A stretch of DNA of 64,000 bases, taken from assembly GCA_026023565.1 (NCBI GenBank), contig JAPETS010000020.1, positions 310,001 through 374,000 on the forward strand, given 5' to 3'. The notes under the pieces were generated by a model. That model ran no database searches. It was given only the letters and a program-made list of their open reading frames with translations, and was not told the origin of the DNA. This document shows, in pieces, positions 48,780-60,708 of this stretch (the first letter of the stretch is position 1; each line of letters begins with the position of its first letter). The position numbers were made by a program, and so were the translations under genes. This stretch comes from Cirrosporium novae-zelandiae. Lineage: Eukaryota.

Positions 48780-49812
48780 CCATAACAATCATGGCATCAA
48801 CACTTGATATCCCTCTCACATATTTAGTCAAATCTCCCTTGTCCACCACCTCATCAACCGCGAAAGAATCTGAGAATCGGGTCGTAGAGGCCTTAGGCGG
48901 AACACCTCCTGTTCCCTAGGCATCCACTACGTTTGTCTTTGGACGTAAATTTGGCGTCCAGCCCGCCGACATTGGTGATGTTCTAGGGGTTTCTGGACAG
49001 ATATCTAAATGCGATATCTCCTAGTTATCGAAGTTCTTTGACTGCTTGCACGACCGAATAACACCATGGAAAGGTATTCTAGAGTCTAGTGTATTTGATC
49101 CGAATCTAGTAAATATTAATTACCCTTACTTCCCGTTCCATTTAGGCCACTTTCACATACCTATAAATTACGATACCAGTTGATTATTTAATATTTCTAT
49201 ACAAATAAATGAATTTAGGTGTTGGAGTTGATTCCTATTTTTTTATTCATCCTCTTTCTATGTAAATTGTATATAGCATCGCATCTCACCGACAACTAAT
49301 CCAAACCAAACCAAAAAGATGCTTCTATCATAAATGCTAACATCTGCTTTGTACAACTTGCTTGATTGGGTATTAAGATATATATATATATATATCCGGT
49401 GGATCCATCCCGTACACACAAATGGGGCAGGGTGGTCAATTAATCCATCAATCAGTCATTATATTTCTAGAAATGAAAACAGCCAAAAAATGCAAATGCA
49501 AATGCCGCTTTCGCTTTGAAAACACGGGGTGTGGATATGACGAATAAATGCTATCGAGTAGGGAAGGGAAAATGGGGATGAAGAGGGATCCATTGACATT
49601 ATTTACTAATGCTTCTTTCTCTTTTGGTGGGTTGATGGAATAAGTTGCAGAGCCGTAAGTCGGTCCATTGATGGTCGTAGAAAAGGGTCTGGAAAGTTGG
49701 CCGTTGTGATGATTTTGATGTGGATGTTGAGCTAAGCAGAGAGTACGAACGTGAAGAAAGGTCATATGTAATCGTATATGGCTCATTTACATCTCAGCAT
49801 TGGCATCCTTCA

Positions 49813-51917
49813 TTACCTTCTACGCGTAGAAAGACCATTTGCTCCTTTCGACAGCGCAATCGATGCAAAATGACCTCCAATAGTTGGTCTAGCTCTGAAC
49901 GAATTGTAGTACCCACTCGTAGTGTAATAACGATCACTGAATGGTACCGTGTTCAATCCATTTGCAATGTAAGAATATAGGTTGTTGATTAACTTATCCC
50001 GGGTGGTATCGCCCGCAGCGGCGGCAGCCCACATCTGCCAATCTGTCTTGCCCCATGTGAGGGCACCATCGAGAGGTACGCCGTAAGTGGAGCCAACAGT
50101 TTGATAGAATTCGCTTTGCATATCAAGAGCGGCGGTGTCGAAGGTGTTTAGGTCGAGAAGCTTATCGGGGAAGAGATTGAATACCATGAACCAGGTGGAA
50201 GATCCATATTGAAGAGTGAAATAGGTCTGGGAAGTATCGGTTCCCAGACGCTCGTTGTAAATAGTGTGTGCAAAGGATGTTCCGATAGAAGAGTAGTTTG
50301 ATTGGGAGGTGAGATTTCCATAGGCAGAAAGGCCAACGGCAGCTTTAATTCCAAGATTGGTTTGATTGGCAATGGAACCAATTGCATCGTTGGTGGACAA
50401 CTGCTTTACTGGATACAGGCCATTGTCTACAAGGTAGTTGGCATATTTCAGGAAGAGGGCGCTGTACCCATCAGCCCAGTCGGTGTTTCCGGAGGCTACT
50501 TGATATGCGTAGGCGAGAATGAGAACATTTCCAGTTTCTTCAACAGGCATCTTTTCTTCCTGTGACAAGGGGTGGCCAGTTGCGTTGGGGTAATTGCTGC
50601 CAATATCATGAATGGCATATTCTTCGTCCCATACTCCGGAGGTGACGTATTCTAAAACGGGTTCGAGCAGCAGTCGGATCCATTCTGGATTGAGTAGATA
50701 GAAAATCGGGAATGTCGGGTATATAACATCCACAGTGTTAACATTCCCGTCGCTAGAGATTTCTTTTATAAAAGCCTTGGCGTCACTGGTGGAGAGAGTG
50801 TCGGCTGGAATCGTGAGGTCGATGCCACCTAGAATTTGGCGTGTGGATAGTGCCAATATGGCAGTATAATTGTCCGAAATAGAATCCCCTGCGCTTGATA
50901 TGGTTGAATCGACGCTGTCCGCTTCACTGCTTGCGCTATCGTAGTCATCCAAGAAATGGGCTACAGCAGGAACGGTATTCGCATAAGTTGCTCGATAATA
51001 GCCAGTTTGAGCAGATCCCAGATAATTGACAGCTGCTTCTCTGACATAACCTATGGCAAAGGTGACAGAGGTTGAGTTGTCCAAAGTGCCCAGGTCGTGC
51101 GCAAAGGCAGTCACACCGCCAGCTGTCCAGGACGAATGCCCACTCGACAATGAACCGCCAGAGACAAATTCACTACGAATTGTGGAGGCATCCCCCGAGG
51201 CTGATGTAACACTAGATCCTTCAGTAGCATAAACAGCCTCGCCCCAAAGAGCCATATCATTTGAATTTTGAGAGTATCTGGCTCGCCCATTAGCACTTAG
51301 CTGGTAGGCATAAGTGCTCCCAGAATTCGTGTAGTTCCAAGTGGTACTACTTGATTGACCCGTCCATGTATCATCAATATCAGAGTATATTTGCACTGAC
51401 GGAGAACTGCTGCCCGTGCTGTCGACGGATACAGTAAGATAGGAGAATGGAAGGGACTGGCGAACGTAGTTATTTAGCGAGACGGGGGATAGGAAATCGA
51501 GTGTGATATTTGCGGTTCCAGCCTTCAGGGAGAAGATGGAATGTGTAGATGTATATTCGCCACTGAGAACCGTTGCCGACTGAGTCCCCGACTCTGGATT
51601 GGGTACTCCAAACAGATTATATGTTTCATTATTGACACGAGCAATCACCGACCATGTCAAGTTATTGCCTGCCCAGAATTGGGGTGAGCTTGAGGGTAAG
51701 TTTGAGGCTTGACTACCCGGTAACCATGCTACAAGGATATTAGCTTCTGATAGAGGTCCGATTTGAAAGGGTATATACCTGAGAGGTAAGGATTCCGTAC
51801 TGCCAGAGGATACGAGGGAGGAAGTATGGGGGTGAATGTGGCACCACTGCAGGTCACGGTAAGTAAAGACAATACAGAAAGCGTCCAAACGCCCAGCTGT
51901 TTTGAAAGATCTTTCAT
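49813..51917 (-). CDS. gtaA: Secreted glutaminase GtaA-family protein, copy 2
   Basis: Exon 1 has a signal peptide and PPSYPLAVRNPYLS; intron 51778-51729; then AWLPG, KEISSDGNVNTVDV, HDIGSNYPNATGH, MPVEETGN, FNLFPDKLL, KTDWQMW, RPTIGGHF. Confidence 0.9.
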
Positions 51918-53728
51918 GGTGAATGATAGCGAACGATAGACCCAGAAACAAGAGTCTATGAAAGATGATTGCTAGGGGGAAACAAAAGGAACGGGTCTAG
52001 AGCAGTATTATATGGAAACCAACAATTCTGGCAATATCCAACCGCCTTTCCATTTCTTTTCCTCACCTGGGTCCCTTTGATCGAAATCCATCGCGCTCTA
52101 GCACTGGTTAAGCACGCCATTGCAGTAGCTAGTTGCTCCCAGTATTGAGTGTTTAGTAGTCTTTACACACAGGGGCAGTGGTGTACATTGAAGACTAAAA
52201 TGACGAGAGTAACATTGAGTAGCATGGGGCCTTGAAAGACAGTGGAGCACGAATGGACAATGAGTCGCATCAGTCGCATCAGTCGCATCAGTCGCATGTT
52301 TAATGCAGGACGAGAAAGAGACATGGGAAGGTTGTCAGGATGGGCTGGGTATGATAAGGTTAAGCATATATCTGATCCACTAAGAATAGTATTAATGACC
52401 AACTGTTGATCAGTTGACGCCGGTGAATGTCTCCCAACCTCAATAGAGTCATTTAGATGACTTTTGATATTGCTTGGAGTCTAGGAAGATGTTCACCGGA
52501 TATACACTGCCAAGGTATTAAAGGGGGACTAGTGTCAATATTTCTCCGCATTTCATAGTGAGAAACTGTCATGCCTCGAAATACGCCATAGCAACCGGCC
52601 ATGAGGCAAGTTAAGAGATGGATAGCGGGTGCTCCCGCTGACGGTGCCGCCGATATTGTAGTTGAAATATTTGAGGTTGATGGTTTTGCCAAGAAATGCC
52701 AACAACCACCATCCTGACCATCCCGACTATCCCGACTATCCCGACACCGCTAGACCTGCAAACATTGCAAACTCGAAGACATGGTAACAATGACGAGAAT
52801 CCTTTCAATCATTTCATCATCTTTCCCACAGCACTGTAACCTTTCGTTGATCAATCCTTTAGGAATCCAACAACACATACTACACATTCAGCACACTGCA
52901 GTAGTATCAGGAACATGGCAGCATGTGGCACTATCTGATAGGAGATTGACCTTCTATTCTGTGAGGTACAAAAGCAACGGTGAGTTCAAGGTTTCTTGTA
53001 CAGTCTGTTCACATTCTTCCATCCAATTGCGTGCAAATTCTTCAAGGATTCCTGTTTCATCTAGCATCATCGGGAAATTGCACTCTGTACCTTGCTTTAA
53101 CGTCTAAATATCCCTGCTCTATGATGTGGCTAGCTTCGACCAAGTCACTATCCCCGTCTCTGACTATTGGCACAAAGTTTTATCCTGTTGTGCTATTCAA
53201 AACAATAATTCTAAATTCACTTATTTGTATATGAACTACGTTATCCCAATTTCCATTGCCGACATGAAATGTTTCTCCATCAACCACAGAGGAGCGCCTA
53301 CGGTATTAACTAGGTATTAACTCCTTTGAAGATGACGAATCGGACCAGGTTTCTGGATAGATTCAGTGTTCTCAATAAATTAAGCTCAATCTACAGTACC
53401 CTGGACGCCGTACGCCAAGATCTCACAGGGAAACATGTCTTACACATCGGCGCACAAATCCAAGACAGATGAACATCCAATATAATCTTTACATAGGAGA
53501 TATGGACAAGTTCGTCAACAAAATTACGACGTTTCGTTTGATATACAGCATTAAGCCCTTGAAATACTGTGTAGTTAAACAACTAGGTTCTTAGTGGGTG
53601 CCAAAAACAGCAACGTTTACCAATTTATATCGGGAAGTCTCTACACAAAATGGGCACAGGTATGCTTGTAGAAAGCTAAATACTATTGATCTAGGGCTGT
53701 AGGTTTAGTCGAGAACGTTGAAACCTTT

Positions 53729-55612
53729 CTAAGTCGTGTACTTGAAAGCTACATTCTCTTGATCTGTCAAATCCAGCCAATCTTGGTCACCACCATTCTG
53801 AGAGATTTCATTGGCTCGTCGACGATTACTCATGTGGCAGATGGCACCATAGGCCAGAATCATAGCTATTGCTACGACATAGCAGACCTATAGATACCTA
53901 AGAATGAATGTTGATCACAAAATAGGTATGCACTTACGATCATCGCCACAGTCCCTCCTGTATAAGCAGGGGCTTGGTCTTCGCGAAATGTTTGAGGACC
54001 GATTATATTGCCTATAGCCCAGGAAACATAAAACCAGGCAAAGAGAGTTACCCTTTAGAATTGATCAGCGTAATACTCCTGGAGGGTTTACTACGTACTT
54101 TTTTGTATGACCGGCAATGTTAACCTGATAGATAGACACAAGAGTGATATATGGAGCCCAATACGTGCTTCGAAAGTTAGTTTAGGACCCATTTTTCGTC
54201 AACCCACTTACTCACTAAAGTATACTGTCAAAACGTCAGTAACGCTATAGATTTCAAGGACACGAAAACTCACTAAAGCCCAATCAGCTGACCAGCAAGA
54301 TTAGTCCTTGGAAGGGTGTAGCAAATAATGGCCCCGATGAGAGGGAGTAGTACCGATGCTGCAACATACAACGTCCGGAACTTCCTTGTCGTTGCGGCTA
54401 GGTATGATAGTGCAATACCCGACAGTGTGCTCATGGCCCCTGGCGGCATGGCAAGAAGGGCTGTTTTTTCAGAGTCGAAGCCCAAGCCTGCAATGATGAG
54501 AGTGTTGAAGGTTGTCAGGCCACCGTTGGGAACTTGAAGAGCGATTATAGCAATCCAAATCAACCAAGTTTTGATATCAAAAATTGCTTCGTATACCTGT
54601 TCCAGCTTGAAGCTCTTTGCCTCAACGCCAGTATTATCTGTAGCCTTTCGTTGAATGAGCATGTATCGTTCACGACTCGAGAGCCATTTAGCCTCGAGTG
54701 GGTTATTAGGTCTGAAATTACTGTCAGCGACTGAAAGTAAAATTTCGGGTCTATGAGACACACAGGAAGAAATATACAACAAAAGCCCAGAGAATAGTGA
54801 ATGCGCCGAGCGTGAGGAAAATAATCTTCCATGCTGCAAATGACCCTTTGTGATAGCCTACAGCCCAGGCAATCAGGCCATTGAGGATAGGAGCAATTAC
54901 GTTCAGAATAATACTGTTCCTTTTGGGCTGCTCTTCGGGTCGATACCACATAGCAACAACAAGCGTGACAGCTGGAATGAGCAAGGCTTCGAACCCTCCG
55001 AGCAGAAAACGGCAAATGAATAGGCCTCCGAAATTAGTACAAGAAGCCATACACATCTCCAGAATACCCCAGCAGAGAACATTGAATGCGAAGAAATCGA
55101 CAGCTGGCAATCTAATATAACAGATGATTCAGCGGTCAGCCATGTCGATGAAATGTGGTTTGGAAGACTCACTTCTGCAAGCAGTACGCTGCTGGTCCCA
55201 TGAAAGCTAATCCACCGAAGAATGGCGCCGATCCGACCCATGAATACTGCTGTCCAGTAAGGTTCAAGTCGCCTTTTAGATCATAGATTGCAGCTGCAGA
55301 TATCGCTGTCTTGTCTAGCCCTGAAAGCGTCGCACAAACAAAGAGCTATCCAACAATTAGACAATTAACTACATTGTCTCCAGATGGGTATCCAAGTGGC
55401 TCACTCACAATCGGAACCAATCTCCAATCGACCTTTCTCATCAGTTTCTTATCGTCTTCAATGATCCAGGTCTGTCCAAGCATGTCATCCGCATTCTCAG
55501 CAATAATAACAGCAGCAATATCAACATCTTTCTCTCTACCAGCTTTGACTGCTTTGACAGCAGCTTCGGCGGTTAGCCCGGTAGTAGGGAAATCAGGAGT
55601 GATCTCTTCCAT
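53729..55612 (-). CDS. MFS anion:cation symporter (Dal5/allantoate-permease family; probable sulfonate transporter), multi-exon
   Basis: RKVDWRLVP, LSGLDK, CRFLLGGFEA, MWYRPEEQ, AKWLSSRER, VPNGGL, NIAGHTKK, NIIGPQTF, WLDLTDQENVAFKY; TAG at 53729-53731. Confidence 0.9.
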
Positions 55613-56119
55613 TTCTCTAATCGACGCAGTTAACCTTAGGAGGGGTATAATAAAGGAAGTAATTCATGGCAAATGGAGGGTATAAAATATCAAGACCTTC
55701 ATAACAATTTATTTGGCGATGCGCATTTGAGAAGAGATTGTTTCCGATATCTTAAGCAATACCTTGTTTGAATTTTGCACAAGCTAATTGAGATAAGATA
55801 GAACTCCCGAGGAGTGTATTTTTCTCTAGTTAGATAACCCATAAAATACTAATGAACCACTGTGCCGATCATTGACATTAAAGTTATCGATATTCGAACG
55901 GTGATACGCGAGAAGCGGAGAAGTTCGAGATAAATCCTTGGGTATCCAACTTATACAACCAGGATCTTGAGTGCTTAAAACCGCCTCTTAACTACCCGAA
56001 AAGGGCGCCCAAAGCCGAGATATCAATATCATGTGCCTTACATTAAAATTACGATATTATAAGCCAGCTACACACCGTACTTGAAAATGATATATTGAGA
56101 TTTTTTCATGCGTGCCACC

Positions 56120-57271
56120 ATGCCTGTAGCCATTGATTCCCCCAAGACTGATAAGCGACCTCTTTACCCCGATTATTTACGTATGTACTCCTTAACTTGT
56201 TTCGCTATTCATTACAGTTCTCCTGTTGACATCTCTGCAGCATTTTACGACCCTCTCGAAAAGGTCAAAGATGTTGGTCCTTTCGACTTTATCGACCCTG
56301 GTTCCCGGGCTAATCCACTAAAACCAAACCTCCTCTCCCACGCCTCTAAAATTATTGATCTCAGTCCTCACTGCGGAACAGAGCTACAAGGGGTCCAAAT
56401 CTCAGATCTCTCCACGGAAGGTCTCGATGAACTAGCTTTGCTCTGCGCCGAGCGAGGTTGTCTGGTGTTTCGCAACCAGAAATTCACCGATCTAGGGTTC
56501 GAAAGCCAGAAGAAAATCGCCTCTCACTTCGGACCCCTCCACATCCACGGCTGGATGCCGCATCCAGAAAAAGGCCCTTCCGAATTTGTCATCGTCTATG
56601 ATTCCAAAGACGACTTGCGAATCCGCAAATCCTGGGCCGGAAAAAGCCCAATCCAATTCCACGTCGACCAGTCCCCGGAACCCCAACCACCCGGCCTAAC
56701 ATTTTTCTGCATGCTAGAATCACCCCCAGGCGCTGGCGGCGACACAATAATTTCCAGCACAGTCCGAGCCTTCGAAAGACTCTCACCACGCTTCCGCAAG
56801 CGTCTCGAAGGCCTCACCGCCGTCCACAGCACCGCAAATCCCATCTCCCGCGAGATCCGCGACAACGGCTCCAAATCCGTTCTCCGACGTCCAATCACCC
56901 GCTCCATCCATCCCGTCGTAACCGTCCACCCAGTCACAGGTCAAAAGTCCCTCTTCGTGAACTCCTCATACACAGAACGCATCGTCGGCTTCGACCAAGA
57001 GGAATCAGACGCCCTGCTTAAATTCCTCTTCGATCATATCAACAGGGGCCAGGATTTTAGTTGTAGGGTTAGGTATGAGCCGGGGACGGTGGTCGTGTGG
57101 GATCAACGTGTCACGCAGCATAGCCAGACGCTGGATTATCCAGTCGGGGAGAGGAGACATGCGTTTCGGTTGACGCCGTTGGCGAATGTGCCGGTGGCTA
57201 GTCTGGTTGAGGAGGAGGTGGAGTTGGAGGGAGAGGGTGATGAGGAGAGGAGGTTGTTGGGGGTGTTTTGA
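56120..57271 (+). CDS. TauD/TfdA Fe(II)/2-oxoglutarate dioxygenase (Jlp1-like sulfonate dioxygenase)
   Basis: ERGCLVFRNQ, FHVDQS (HxD), GGDT, HPVVTVHPVTG.KSLFVN, WDQRVTQH. ATG in GCCACCATG context at 56120; in-frame intron 56181-56240. Confidence 0.93.
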   Translation: MPVAIDSPKTDKRPLYPDYLRMYSLTCFAIHYSSPVDISAAFYDPLEKVKDVGPFDFIDPGSRANPLKPNLLSHASKIIDLSPHCGTELQGVQISDLSTEGLDELALLCAERGCLVFRNQKFTDLGFESQKKIASHFGPLHIHGWMPHPEKGPSEFVIVYDSKDDLRIRKSWAGKSPIQFHVDQSPEPQPPGLTFFCMLESPPGAGGDTIISSTVRAFERLSPRFRKRLEGLTAVHSTANPISREIRDNGSKSVLRRPITRSIHPVVTVHPVTGQKSLFVNSSYTERIVGFDQEESDALLKFLFDHINRGQDFSCRVRYEPGTVVVWDQRVTQHSQTLDYPVGERRHAFRLTPLANVPVASLVEEEVELEGEGDEERRLLGVF

Positions 57272-57349
57272 GGAGAATGTCTCTGGGCTGCCTGGTCATA
57301 GTTCCATCGTGCCCTATACAACAAAATATATATCTCTTTCTTGAAAAAC

Positions 57350-59560
57350 GTAAACATGCAAGAGCATCCATCCCATCCCATCTACCATTCACTCATTTCA
57401 TTTCACTTTCCCCTAGCTATAAACTAAAAGGACTTGATTAATTAACTACCCCTCATCCCATCCCTCATCCCCGTGTTACATAGCATAGCCTAAAACCACT
57501 AGAACCAATCAATGGATCAATCAATCAATCAATCAGTAAATATACGTCTCTCTCTTCTCTCCCCCCTCCTCACCCCCTCTTCTCCCCCAAATCCAAAATC
57601 CTAAATCTTCAAACCAAAAGATCCATATACACCTCCCTACTTACCTACATACAATACAACACGATACAATTACAGCATAAAAAAAAACATACGAACACTC
57701 CTATCCTATTATATTATGTTATATAGATAAATATTACTACTCACTACCAACCTTTTTTCTTTTTTTTTTACTTTTTATATCACTTTTATTTTGGAGAATT
57801 TGGGTTGGATTTGGATGTTTACTTGTTTTTTTGGTTTGGTTCAGTTGGTTGGTTGATAATGCTGAAAAATAATGAAGATGAAAGATATCGATATTTGATG
57901 GGTTGTCATTGTTGTTATTGTTATTACTGTCAGGACTTCAAGACGTGATGTTGTGTTTTAAATATCCAAATCTAATCCAAATCCAATCCCACATCCCACA
58001 TCCCCTTACCAGCTGTCATCCCTTATCACCTATCATCCCCCCCCGCCAAAACCACCATACAAATAACATATCCACCAAAACCCCCAGAAACTCCACGCAT
58101 CCGAAAAAAGGGAAAAAGGGGAAAGGAAAAGATATTCAAATAGATAATTAACTAATAATAATTGGACGACCGAGCGATTCGAAAAAAAAAATGTTTTGTT
58201 TAATAAATTTGTTTTTTGTTTAGTAAGCTATACATAAGCTGTAATGTGTAATTAGTTATGTTAATTATTTTTATGTAGCTATGTAGAATGAGGAAAAAGG
58301 AAAAAAACCTTTTTCTCGTTTTCTCTTTTTCATTTCTTTTCAGGATTAGGAATAATTATAGATACTGGGTCGACTATATCTTGATACGGCATATACTGTA
58401 AAGAGAGAAAGGGCTTAAAACATTATGAACAACTGTCTGCGTAGGAATTTTTTTTTTGTGTAGGGTTGCTTTTGGAGGTGATATACATACATACACATCC
58501 AACCAAACCGTTCAAGCTGTACCTATATACCTATATAACTATATAACTATATAACCATACACGTAACCATACACGTAACCATCAATACCCCCCCCCCCCC
58601 CCCCAAAACTAAATCAAATTAAATCAACTCAAACCCAACAACAACAACAATAAAACCTTATAACATCCCATACCACACTCAACACGTATCTACCTATACC
58701 CAATAACACCTTAAAAAATAACCTACCAACCCACCCGCTTTTAAATTCATTCATTCCAAATGCCTTCCCTTAGGCACACACAACAGCTGGATATACTATG
58801 GATACTATAGATCAGATCAGATCAGGTGACGTGGCCCACGCATCTAGTCTAGCCCGTGCTCGTGTTCGCACCTCCCACCCTCCCTCCCTCCTTATTTATA
58901 TACCTAGGCTAGATATTCACGGCTAGTTTGTTTGTCTGTAGATTTGAATGAATGGGGCAACAAATTTAATGAATGAATTAACACCTTTTTCTTTAGTATG
59001 GGATTGATTGATGCGGAGAAGTGTTGAAGGATAATTTCGGAGGATTGTGTGCTGAGGGTGGGTTGGGGATGGTTATGTGGGAAGAAAGTGCCTTGTTGAG
59101 GGTTGGTATGGTATGTGTTTTGAGGGGGTTGTTAGTCTGGAGTCTAGACTTGATTGGGTTGGACTGGAAGGTGTTGAGTATGTTGGATCTTGGTTCGTAC
59201 GTATAAGTATTTATGTATGTGAGCTGTGGCAAATGTACAAATAAATCAAACGAGACTCGGTTATCTTGGGGTTTGGGGTGTACTGTTTTGGGGGTGTAGG
59301 AGGTTAGTTTTTGGCCGTGATGGAGTTTCGTTAGTTATAGGTATTGTTATAATGCTTCGCGTATATTAAGCCATGGTATGGTAATCAAGTAACCTAGACG
59401 TCTTTTGATAGGGTAGCGGGGTTTGGGGGGTTGTGCGTATGTATCATGATTGTGAATACTGTTTTTTGGGGGGGTTGGAAAGGAAAAGGACTTGGGGTTT
59501 GTTGTTTATCAAGATGAACAACTAGGTTACAATGCATGAATGAGTAAATGAGTGACCAGG
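57350..59560. repeat. Long low-complexity intergenic tract
   Basis: Poly-C/A/T runs, (ATCA)n, (CAA)n, (GATCA)n, (TATAACTA)n; C-rich then G/T-rich strand skew; no credible ORF. Confidence 0.75.
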
Positions 59561-60195
59561 GGTTGATTTCGATTAACATTCGACAGCTGGATTTCTTTTT
59601 GGTCTTTGTTCGGCGGTAATTACGATATGCGCTTAAAGTTAATAAGGCTTGGCGGCTGGCGTTTAGAGCGCCTATACGGGTAGTTATAGTTTAGAGCATA
59701 TCACACTGCATATATTCTGTACACATTGCTTATCCACTCAATCGAATGTGCATTACCACGAAAATTTGGTAGACCAAGTTTATTTTCGAGAGGGTTGAAT
59801 GCAATGCCAAAAGGAATGAGAAAGGGCGCAAAGAGATTAAGAAAGACGTGTTCGAAGTTAGGGCCGTGGTAGTAAAAGAGCGGACGATAGTTATCGGAAT
59901 ATTTTTATTGAATTATTGGAAAATGAATGGGTGTTCCAAGTAAACCAATTGATGAGTGAGTATTTTTATAGCCTGTCGAGTAATATATTTGAGTCTCATG
60001 GGACAATGATTTAAAGGATATCAGCAAAATAAATCTTCAATTGAACATCGAAAGTTTATGGTATCCATCAAGTTGGCTGTACATTGAGAAGTCCATCCGT
60101 GAAACTACATCTAGCATGCATTAGTACTCTTGAATGAAATAAATCGCTAGGCGCGACCGAAAGTTGCTAATACTTCACAATTTGTCGAATTCAGC

Positions 60196-60708
60196 TTACC
60201 GGTCAAATAGTGTGGCATAGCCCTCAACGTTACCAAAAATCGCCAAGCCACTCCCTATAGCTTTACATTCTCTGTAGTCATGTCCTTGGCGTGTAGCGGT
60301 TCCATCTTGCCGGAAAACGTTTCCGACGATCATAATGCCTTTGCCCTCTTCTATGACACAAAGATATGTGCTTCTGCCTTTGCTGCCTTTGTCCGCAAGA
60401 TACTCCACACTAACTGTTATGGGTTCCCAGATTTGGTCGTCATCCACAACACGATGGCCGTCGGCGTTTCGGAGTGAAAATTTATCCAGATCAAGGCGCT
60501 GGTATCTGCTGACGGCATTTTTTATACTCAGCATCGGGTCCCCTGGGGTTACTTTGTAGACGACAGGGGCTTGGTCCGGCCCTAAATGATGGAATTTTGT
60601 TGGCAATGGTGGTGGGAAACTGATTCAAGTAAAGAAGGGGATTATACCCGTCACTGTAACTGGAATCTCATTATGTTGAGGAACAACGGTTCTAGGAAGG
60701 GACTGCAT
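60196..60708 (-). CDS. Ubiquitin/SUMO-like domain protein with a C-terminal HET-s-like two-repeat amyloid motif (148 aa)
   Basis: Exon 1 60708-60648 (MQSLPRTVVPQHNEIPVTVT), intron 60647-60582 (GTATAA..TTTAG), exon 2 60581-60196. N-part resembles a SUMO-type beta-grasp; C-part aligns without gaps to HET-s repeats R1 and R2 and the terminal GNxxGxxxFWD tail. Confidence 0.7.
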
